Source: a virus
Lineage: Duplodnaviria > Heunggongvirae > Uroviricota > Caudoviricetes
Virus record (IMG/VR): IMGVR_UViG_2654588181_000008
Coordinates: 1 to 18,728 of that record
DNA: 18,728 nt
Reading direction: 5' to 3' (one strand)
Each line of letters starts with the position of its first letter. The first letter of the stretch is position 1. Under the pieces are notes generated by a model, which ran no database searches, was not told where the DNA came from, and saw only the letters and a list, made by a program, of their open reading frames with translations. Shown piece after piece: positions 9,136-16,108 of the stretch. Both the position numbers and the translations under genes were made by a program.

Positions 9136-10107
9136 ATGATTAAGTATGCAAGCGGAAATCTTCTAAACTCTACATCGCAAGCTCTTGTGAATGCTGTAAA
9201 CTGCCAAGGAGTCATGGGAAAGGGTATCGCTTTGGCTTTTAAAGAAACTTTTCCCTATAATTTCGAAGTTTATAAGAGAGCATGCGCCACTGGTACAATG
9301 AAAATTGGACAGGTTTTAATTGTAGAGGAAAAGGGAAAAATAATTGTAAACTTTCCCACTAAAGATAGTTGGAGAAAAAAATCAACATATGATTTCATCT
9401 CGCAAGGCCTTGAATCTTTAGCAAAAATTATAGACGAAAAAAAAATTACATCAATATCAATACCACCTTTAGGCTGTGGTAATGGGGGCCTCGATTGGAA
9501 TAAGGTTGAGGCTCTTATTTTAAAAACTTTTCAAAATTTAGATAATGTTGATGTGGTAATTTATCCGCCTGCAACTAACAATCAACTTTCAAAAAATAAA
9601 AATGTTATTAATGCTAAGCATCTTTTGGTTCACTACGCCTATGGAAAATTAAAAGTTAAGCAAAAATATTCCCTTTATACAGTTTTTTATATTTGCGAAT
9701 GTATTGAGAAAGCAAATCTTTTTTTATTCGATTTTAAACATGGTCGGCCATACTCTTCTGAGTTAGAAAATATTATGAAGGATATAGCAAACCTTAAAGT
9801 TGAGTTGCAAGGAGATTTTGATGCTTTTATTGAAGATTATATTAATACTCATCAATCCAAAGAGTTACAAACCGAGTTTGGTAAACTAATCTCAACTTTA
9901 AATCCAAGTATAAGTTTGCTCAATGCTCTTAAAAATAAGATTGATTATACAGATAGCGTATATGTGATTACGAGAATTGCTAAAGAAAAAGATCATGGCT
10001 TGCATATTGACAATTTCAAAGAATATGAAAATATTGTGCAGCATTTAATTAAAAATGGATTGGTAATCGAAGATATTTTTAACGAACTAAAAATAAAGGG
10101 AAGTTAG
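9136..10107 (+). CDS. darG: DarG-like antitoxin: N-terminal macrodomain (ADP-ribosyl hydrolase) plus C-terminal domain
   Basis: GNLLNSTSQALVNAVNCQGVMGKGIALAFKETFP and PPLGCGNGGLDW are classic macrodomain motifs; starts 4 nt after darT. 323 aa. Confidence 0.8.
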   Translation: MIKYASGNLLNSTSQALVNAVNCQGVMGKGIALAFKETFPYNFEVYKRACATGTMKIGQVLIVEEKGKIIVNFPTKDSWRKKSTYDFISQGLESLAKIIDEKKITSISIPPLGCGNGGLDWNKVEALILKTFQNLDNVDVVIYPPATNNQLSKNKNVINAKHLLVHYAYGKLKVKQKYSLYTVFYICECIEKANLFLFDFKHGRPYSSELENIMKDIANLKVELQGDFDAFIEDYINTHQSKELQTEFGKLISTLNPSISLLNALKNKIDYTDSVYVITRIAKEKDHGLHIDNFKEYENIVQHLIKNGLVIEDIFNELKIKGS

Positions 10108-10713
10108 TAGCGCTATTTTCAATTTTTTTGCTGAAATTGCGCATGCACACTCTCACGCATTATAGATGCGGCGTTAATCCCGCCAGGAGTGTTGTTTAAT
10201 AAATTGAACTATTTCTGCATTGAAGGATCAACTTACGCATTCGCTGACAACGCAGGCACTCTCCTGGCTAAGCAGAAATTCAGAGTAACCAACTGGCACT
10301 TTTACAACAATTTTATTATCAGTTGCGGCTCCATGACTTTCTGGTGGGATAACAAAGCAATTAAGGCGTGGTATTGTAAGTATCCCGCATAATCATGCTA
10401 GTAACATTTGTCCCCCATGTAACCTAATTAAGGCAACTTCCGCTCTTCGCTCACAGTGAACCTCCATGTTTGTAAACCCGTATATTTCGTTTTTTAAGTG
10501 GTCATTCAGATACGGATTTTCACTTCTCTTGGCTGTGCATGACTATGCTGCATGAAATTGCATGATCGTTTGAGGATCGTTTTTGCTGAGGCCCCCCAGA
10601 ACTGGCGGGCTTTCGCTTATGTCATGCAGGTGCATGAAAATCACTGCATAAAGCGGGCAGGCGTGGCGGGGATACGAGCGCGCGTTAAGCTTCTCACATC
10701 AAGTCCAAAGTTC

Positions 10714-10742
10714 TTGCAACCCAAAAAGCTTACCTTTATCTT
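10714..10742 (+). promoter_or_regulatory. Putative sigma70 promoter for the three-gene operon (TTGCAA-N17-TATCTT)
   Basis: Hexamers at 10714-10719 and 10737-10742, about 35 nt upstream of ATG 10778; the -10 match is imperfect. Confidence 0.3.
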
Positions 10743-10777
10743 TCAATGAGATTTGTCTGCAAAAGTAAGGAAATGAA

Positions 10778-11842
10778 ATGGCAGAGAATGGCCCTATTGA
10801 AGACTTAGCAAAACGCATTTCTAACGATCTTATGAGTCGTTTTAAGTGGCAACAGCATGGCCCCTGTGACCAAGATTTCTCTTGTGATAATGAAACAAAA
10901 CATAAGCCTGAAGGTAAAAAACAAAAGCACACACACCCAGTGGATGTGGTATTTAGTTATAAAGATCCATATTTAAATAAAATTATTTATTTAAATACTG
11001 ATTTGAAAAGTTATAAGGCTGGTTCTATTAATGCAACAAAGATAGAGTCTGCATTAGAGTCTTTAGCAAAAACAATTGATTGTGCTCGATATAGCCAGGA
11101 ATGGTCAGAAAAATATAACTTTTCTCAAATTGATTTCGAAGTTCGAGGTTTATTATTTGTTTTTAATCATGATAATCAATTGCAACATGATTTTTATGAT
11201 TTCTTTAATCCTCCTAAACCTACTAAAGGAAGGAGAGATAAGGCTGTAAACTTAGAAAAGATTCCGTTATGTGCTGGTCAGCAAATTCATATAATTGATC
11301 CATTTCTTATTAATTATATGTTGGCAGTAACGAATGATATGAATGACTTAATTGCAAAAAAAGAATTTCCAGATGAGGATTATGGATTCTATTATCCTCA
11401 ACTTATTTTCCATAAGGTTGCTGTAACTGAAAAATACCTTCCTGCAACTATTGAAGTTTTGTTATCACCATTTATGATTATTAAACATGGTCCTGTTTAT
11501 AAATTCAATAGGGCTAAAGGTATTGAGGAAATGGTTTATCCAGAGGGATTTGTTATATATTACAATAGAAAAGGTAATAGCGATAATGAATTCTTTTATT
11601 TGCTAGACTTGCTTTCTAATTATCAAATTTTAGATGGTATAAATAAAATTAGAATAAGATTGGCGTATCGTGAGAAAGATAATAGAGTTATGTCGCATTT
11701 TCAGCGTGGGATCGAAAAGTATGTTCATGAGTATGGACTGGATGAAGAGGCTAAAAAGAGACTTGAAGATCTGGATGTCAAAGTTGTCTCTACTGTAAAA
11801 GAATTCTTTTCTTCTGAGGTTATTTCTTGGGAGCCGAAATGA
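10778..11842 (+). CDS. Unknown protein A of three-gene cargo operon (354 aa); possible PD-(D/E)xK-type nuclease motif near the N-terminus
   Basis: ATG 10778 with AAGGAA Shine-Dalgarno. HPVDVVF...IIYLNTDLK fits the hhhD-x(n)-(D/E)xK pattern. No Walker A and no transmembrane segment. Stop overlaps the next start as ATGA. Confidence 0.8.
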   Translation: MAENGPIEDLAKRISNDLMSRFKWQQHGPCDQDFSCDNETKHKPEGKKQKHTHPVDVVFSYKDPYLNKIIYLNTDLKSYKAGSINATKIESALESLAKTIDCARYSQEWSEKYNFSQIDFEVRGLLFVFNHDNQLQHDFYDFFNPPKPTKGRRDKAVNLEKIPLCAGQQIHIIDPFLINYMLAVTNDMNDLIAKKEFPDEDYGFYYPQLIFHKVAVTEKYLPATIEVLLSPFMIIKHGPVYKFNRAKGIEEMVYPEGFVIYYNRKGNSDNEFFYLLDLLSNYQILDGINKIRIRLAYREKDNRVMSHFQRGIEKYVHEYGLDEEAKKRLEDLDVKVVSTVKEFFSSEVISWEPK

Positions 11843-12903
11843 AAAATATTCATAGTGTAACTGACAAGGCTTTATGTGATGCTTTGAATCAAAAGCAGAT
11901 TACATTAAATGAAATACAGGATCTTTTCTTGGAAAGAGGTACTATTATTTGTAAAAAAACCCCTAGAAAAGATCTAGCCAAAAACTACTCTCGGATGACT
12001 CATGATTATTATGAACATCAGAAGATAGCAACATTACTCGGAGGTCAGACAAGAGCTGAAAAAAATACATGTGTAAGAATTGAATCTAGTGTCACTAAGG
12101 ACGATATCATAGTGGCAGCAGAGAAGTTAAAAAAAGAAATAACTGCTCAGGATGATTATTGTAAAATTATTATTGATGGTTCTCGAGTTCTTATAGATAT
12201 AAGATATCTATCGACCAATTATAGTAAAAGCGATTTTAAGCAGGCTGTAAATAAAGAAGCTTTAATTGAAATCGAGCCTATTGATAAAGGTTATAGCATC
12301 CGTCGTCCCGATAACGAGAATCTCAAAGATTATGAAGATCTCCTCCTCGGGCATATAATTTCGATTCAGAGTGAACAAGATAATGACAGTAATCTTGATT
12401 TAAAATTAAACGAAATTACTCTTGCTCATAATAGCTCCGCAGATGTTAGGACACTGTTTTTCGATAAATTAATCCGTAGCCTAGATGGATATGAATTAGA
12501 CGATGTTACGGATGCTTATGTATATCATCCAAAACCTGAAACAATAGAAGCAGAAGAGGGAAATACTGAAACTGGAGTTCATGTGTCAAAAGCATCTCTG
12601 AAAGGAGAGGGAGTTCTTAAATCTGATGAACTTAGTGATCTTTATGATAGGGGCTTTTATATCTGGAAAATAAAATGGAAGGTTAAAGAGAAACTAGCAG
12701 ACCCAGATATTTATGAACTCGAAGCTCAATTCGGAGATCCACTAAACTGTACTAATTTTTCATATTTAGTAAAAGGAGTGAAAAAATATAAGTCTAACGG
12801 TCAATATTTCAGTAAACCTCAAAAGCTTTCAGCTAGAGAAACCGATAGATTTAATAAATTAATTGAAAATAGAGCTTATTCTATTATAATGGAAATTAGC
12901 TAA
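11839..12903 (+). CDS. Unknown protein B of three-gene cargo operon (354 aa)
   Basis: ATG 11839 with GGGAG 5 nt upstream, coupled to gene A by the ATGA overlap (track start 11827 is TTG). No recognisable motifs; acidic and soluble. Confidence 0.8.
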   Translation: MKNIHSVTDKALCDALNQKQITLNEIQDLFLERGTIICKKTPRKDLAKNYSRMTHDYYEHQKIATLLGGQTRAEKNTCVRIESSVTKDDIIVAAEKLKKEITAQDDYCKIIIDGSRVLIDIRYLSTNYSKSDFKQAVNKEALIEIEPIDKGYSIRRPDNENLKDYEDLLLGHIISIQSEQDNDSNLDLKLNEITLAHNSSADVRTLFFDKLIRSLDGYELDDVTDAYVYHPKPETIEAEEGNTETGVHVSKASLKGEGVLKSDELSDLYDRGFYIWKIKWKVKEKLADPDIYELEAQFGDPLNCTNFSYLVKGVKKYKSNGQYFSKPQKLSARETDRFNKLIENRAYSIIMEIS

Positions 12904-12922
12904 TTCATCATAAGGAGTGGAT

Positions 12923-13618
12923 ATGTCACAGTTAAGATTAAAGTGGATGAGATTAAAGATCAGAACCAGTTCTGAAGCGATCTTTGATTTTATCAAAAAC
13001 ACCCCTTATTCTGATGCTATTGGTGCTGGTTTTACTAAGTTTGAAACTATTCACAATGGAATATCTGCGACTTTTAATAAAAAAACTATAATGTTGGAGC
13101 CAGTTTCTGATCCATTTGGTGATATTTTAGAGTTCGAAAGGATTGTTTTTGAACAGATTGGTTTTTCTATCCAAACATTAAGTAATAAATTATGTTTGTT
13201 GACTTTTTATAATCCTCCAAAGACAGTTAAGTCTTTTATTGATTTCTTGTCAAAAGGTGAAGGGGTAAATGTTGCCTATGGAAACTTGACGGTAGATCTC
13301 AAGGCTTTTATGAAAATAATTAGGGAGGAGTTTGGAGTCAAAGTCTTCGCCATCTCAAAGGTGAAAGTTTCAAATGTTCCTGTTACTGATAAAACAAGGG
13401 CGTGTTTAGAGCTGAATTCTAGTGGAGATGCTCTAAATGATTTGAAAAAATTTGTTTTGGATAATGATTTTAAACTCGATAAAATAAAAGTTGGGGGGCT
13501 ATATCATGACTCTAAATTTAGCTTTGAACTAACTAGTGGAGCCTCGGCAATAATTCCTGAAGAACATGTGTCGGTCTTTAATGATGCTATTTCTTATATG
13601 GAGCTTGCTAAATTTTAA
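12923..13618 (+). CDS. Unknown protein C of three-gene cargo operon (231 aa)
   Basis: ATG 12923 with AAGGAG 7 nt upstream (track start 12917 is GTG); 19 nt after gene B; followed by a strong hairpin terminator. Confidence 0.8.
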   Translation: MSQLRLKWMRLKIRTSSEAIFDFIKNTPYSDAIGAGFTKFETIHNGISATFNKKTIMLEPVSDPFGDILEFERIVFEQIGFSIQTLSNKLCLLTFYNPPKTVKSFIDFLSKGEGVNVAYGNLTVDLKAFMKIIREEFGVKVFAISKVKVSNVPVTDKTRACLELNSSGDALNDLKKFVLDNDFKLDKIKVGGLYHDSKFSFELTSGASAIIPEEHVSVFNDAISYMELAKF

Positions 13619-13625
13619 AATGTAG

Positions 13626-13660
13626 AGGGTGCCATTGCTTAAATGATGGCACCCTATTTT
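13626..13660. terminator. Rho-independent hairpin terminator, likely bidirectional
   Basis: AGGGTGCCAT (13626-13635) pairs with ATGGCACCCT (13646-13655), a 10-bp stem with a 10-nt loop, followed by ATTTTT. It sits between the convergent three-gene operon and the portal remnant. Confidence 0.6.
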
Positions 13661-13665
13661 TAAAA

Positions 13666-14316
13666 TTAGTTTATATCGTCAAATGTATATTTCATAAATT
13701 GCATGACATGGTCGCCTATCCATTCGTTTAGTTCTTTAATTCTTTGTTGTAGAGGCGTTAACTCATTACGTACAAAGACACGGCTTGCCTTCTCCACATC
13801 CCCAAAACCCCCAACATTATTAGGCATTATCCCCATCATCTGTGGCGGAACGCGATGTGCTGCCATCATGTCATCGCGGCTGACATTTTTGATATTCAGA
13901 AACTCATCCTTCGCCGCAACTTCTGACAAAGGGATGATCTGAAGGCCGTCCTTTTTGCCGTTAGGCGAGTACATAAACAGGTTGCGGAAGTTGCCTGGAC
14001 CTTTGGCGCTTTTCATCGCGTTGCGGAGGTTGTTCACGTCCTCCTGGTTCTGCGCAGCGTCGGTCATGTACATGATGAAGCCAGCATGACTGCCGTTAAT
14101 GTAATACTTTCGACGGAACAGCGTGGCAGACTCATTGAGCAGGGCGGACGGAATGGCAGAAAGATAGCCGGGCAGGCCGTAGATCTCCTGGTTAATGTCC
14201 GGTTCCATCAGATGAAAAATGCTGCCTTTCGTGAACTGATACGGCTGGGTTGTCATACCGTATTGCACAAACCAGTAGGTATTGCCTTCTGGATCACTCG
14301 TAACCAGATGGCGCAA
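13666..14316 (-). pseudogene. Q: Portal protein (P2 gpQ-like) remnant, N-terminally truncated
   Basis: 216-aa minus-strand ORF; the portal assignment rests mainly on position and orientation (first late gene, leftward, as in P2), and intact P2 Q is about 340 aa. No ATG start: the first in-frame codon is TTG, and it abuts the lysB start with an 11-nt gap. Confidence 0.55.
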
Positions 14317-14327
14317 CAGGTAGCAGC

Positions 14328-14756
14328 ATGAACCGGTTGCTGCTGGTTGTGCTGGCGTTATTACTGGCGTCGCTGGGCTGGCAGACGTGGCGGCTGGCTG
14401 ATGCCAGCCAGACCATCAGCACGCAGGCAGACGAGCTGCGGAGCAAAAGTCAGGCACTGGCAAAGAGCAACAGCCAGCTTATCAGCCTGTCCATTCTGAC
14501 TGAAACCAATAACCGGGAGCAGGCGCGGCTCTATGCCGAAGCAGAACAGACCAGCGCGCTGCTGAGACAACGACAACATCGGATTGAGGAACTGAAACGT
14601 GAGAACGAGGATTTACGCCGCTGGGCTAATACTCCTTTGCCTGCTGACATTATCCGGCTGCGGGAACGTCCGGCACTCACCGGAGGTGCAGCTTACCGTC
14701 AGTGGTTGTCCGCGAGTGACGCCGTGTCAGCTGGATCAGGCAGCGCCACACAATAA
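14328..14756 (+). CDS. lysB: LysB-like i-spanin (Rz-like)
   Basis: N-terminal transmembrane segment LLLVVLALLLASLGW followed by charged coiled-coil-like sequence; an overlapping lipoprotein ORF is embedded in another frame. Confidence 0.7.
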   Translation: MNRLLLVVLALLLASLGWQTWRLADASQTISTQADELRSKSQALAKSNSQLISLSILTETNNREQARLYAEAEQTSALLRQRQHRIEELKRENEDLRRWANTPLPADIIRLRERPALTGGAAYRQWLSASDAVSAGSGSATQ

Positions 14757-14889
14757 CGGTGATCTGAACGCATTGCTGGATGAAACGGAGGCCGCCTGGG
14801 CGGTCTGTGCAGACAAAGTGGACATGATTATTGCGTGTCAGGAGCGAAACAGTGAACAAACCACAATCCCTGCGCCACGCCCTCAATAA
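14599..14889 (+). CDS. lysC: LysC-like o-spanin (Rz1-like outer-membrane lipoprotein)
   Basis: Signal peptide MRTRIYAAGLILLCLLTLSGC with lipobox LSGC; overlaps lysB out of frame, the typical Rz/Rz1 arrangement. The start is GTG, so the exact start is uncertain. Confidence 0.6.
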   Translation: MRTRIYAAGLILLCLLTLSGCGNVRHSPEVQLTVSGCPRVTPCQLDQAAPHNNGDLNALLDETEAAWAVCADKVDMIIACQERNSEQTTIPAPRPQ

Positions 14890-15199
14890 AGCGGTGCCTT
14901 ATGTCCGTAATAACCCGGACAAACTGCATCTGTTTGTGGATAACGGTTCGCTGGTTGCCACCGGGGCCAGCTCCATGTCATGGGAGTACCGCTACACCCT
15001 GAACGTGGTGATTGAAGATTTCAGCGGCGACCAGAATCTGCTGATGGCCCCGGTTTTGCTGTGGCTGCGGGATAACCAGCCTGATGCCATCAATAACCCG
15101 ACGTTACGGGAAAAGCTATTCACATTTGAGGTGGATATTCTGCGCAACGATGTCTGTGATATCAGCCTGAACCCGAGAAGAAAGAAAGCACCACGGTGA
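14852..15199 (+). pseudogene. R: Tail completion protein R (P2 gpR-like), C-terminally truncated
   Basis: NKPQSLRHALNKAVPYVRNNPDKLHLFVDNGS...LLWLRDNQPD resembles the P2 gpR N-terminal two-thirds as I recall it; ends early after about 115 aa with an unrelated basic tail. GTG start with AGGAG upstream. Confidence 0.5.
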
Positions 15200-15564
15200 A
15201 GCGTAAGCGCAGGACTAAGAAGCAGAAGAAAGAGCCGGAAGCGAAGCAGGGCGATTACCTGGTGGGTACGGATGAAAACGTGCTGGTACTTAATCGCACT
15301 TATGCCAACCGGAGCAACGCCGAACGAGCGGCGAAAATGCAGTGGGAACGCCTGCAACGCGGCGTTGCGTCATTCTCGCTACAACTGGCAGAAGGTCGGG
15401 CAGATCTCTACACGGAAATGCCTGTGAAGGTCAGTGGCTTTAAACAGCCGATAGATGATGCGGAATGGACCATTACCACCCTGACGCATACTGTCAGCCC
15501 GGATAACGGTTTTACGACCAGTCTGGAGCTTGAAGTGAAGATTGATGATTTCGAAATTGAATGA
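15196..15564 (+). pseudogene. D: C-terminal fragment of tail protein D (P2 gpD-like)
   Basis: ORF ending ...VKVSGFKQPIDDAEWTITTLTHTVSPDNGFTTSLELEVKIDDFEIE directly upstream of ogr, where the D C-terminus sits in P2. No ATG start (GTG overlapping the R-fragment stop). Only about 120 aa against roughly 390 for an intact D. Confidence 0.45.
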
Positions 15565-15654
15565 TTCTTCGCAATGGAGAACTTTTAAGTTTTCAAAATG
15601 GAATAATGCGGTATCATTATTGTGAATTTAGCAAAAATGGGGAGAACTCGAAAA

Positions 15655-15873
15655 ATGATGATTTGCCCACTGTGTGGAAGTGCCGCCCATACTCGCAGCA
15701 GTTTTCAGGTATCTTCATTGACCAAAGAGCGTTACAACCAGTGCCAGAACATTAACTGCAGCCATACTTTTGTTACCCATGAAACTTTTGTTCGTTCGAT
15801 TGCAACGCCAAAAGAGTCAAATCCGGTTCAGCCGCATCCAATGAAATCAGGACAGGTGGCGCTCTCTCTTTGA
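15655..15873 (+). CDS. ogr: Ogr/Delta-family zinc-finger late transcription activator
   Basis: 72-aa product MMICPLCGSAAHTRSSF...KERYNQCQNINCSHTF... with the CxxC-x22-CxxxxC pattern and strong resemblance to P2 Ogr as I recall it; ATG 15655 (track start 15622 is an upstream extension). Confidence 0.9.
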   Translation: MMICPLCGSAAHTRSSFQVSSLTKERYNQCQNINCSHTFVTHETFVRSIATPKESNPVQPHPMKSGQVALSL

Positions 15874-15950
15874 CTCTGCCGCCAATTTGTCGCCATCGTT
15901 AAAAAACACTGCTTCTAACATCATGATTTTAAAAGGCATAAATTTCAGGC

Positions 15951-15996
15951 AACAAAAAACCCATCAACCTTGAACCGAAATGGCGGGGTTGATGGG
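15951..15996 (-). terminator. Rho-independent terminator of ybjL
   Basis: CCCATCAACC (15960-15969) pairs with GGTTGATGGG (15987-15996); an A run on the plus strand at 15951-15959 gives a T run after the hairpin on the minus strand, downstream of ybjL. Confidence 0.5.
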
Positions 15997-16108
15997 CTCC
16001 ACAAAATGGGGACATCAAAGAAAAGCAGTGGCACTAATTAAGACTGATGCCCTGCGGAAAAGTTCTGCGGTTGTGCAAAAAAATTTCATTTTCAGGGCAA
16101 CTTCAGTT

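Larger units (their letters stand above)
1..15950. mobile_element. Degraded 186/P2-family prophage, integrase through ogr; left attachment site lies outside the window, right junction lies between ogr and ybjL
   Basis: Gene order int, cI, apl, cII, early ORFs, dam, A, cargo, portal fragment, lysB/lysC, R fragment, D fragment, ogr follows the P2/186 prophage map. Chromosomal ybjL-ybjM-grxA flank it on the right. The right boundary is approximate. Confidence 0.85.

Noticed and set aside
10189-10392. 67-aa ORF in the darG-to-operon intergenic region
   Set aside because: GTG start immediately abutting an AGGAG with no spacer; no features. A small regulatory protein cannot be fully excluded.
10552-10749. 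65-aa ORF spanning the TGCATGA repeat cluster
   Set aside because: Its ATG is generated by the repeat motif itself, there is no Shine-Dalgarno, and it runs through the putative operon promoter; more likely a regulatory DNA region than a gene.
10778-13618. Assignment of the three-gene operon to a known defence family (CBASS, Thoeris, Gabija, Septu, Hachiman, retron, AbiE)
   Set aside because: None of the expected signatures are visible: no nucleotidyltransferase GS...DxD, no TIR or SIR2 motif, no P-loop, no helicase motifs, no reverse-transcriptase YxDD. Left as unknown rather than forced into a family.
14086-14331. 81-aa plus-strand ORF overlapping the portal remnant
   Set aside because: Antisense to a region I assign to the portal remnant; no start signals.
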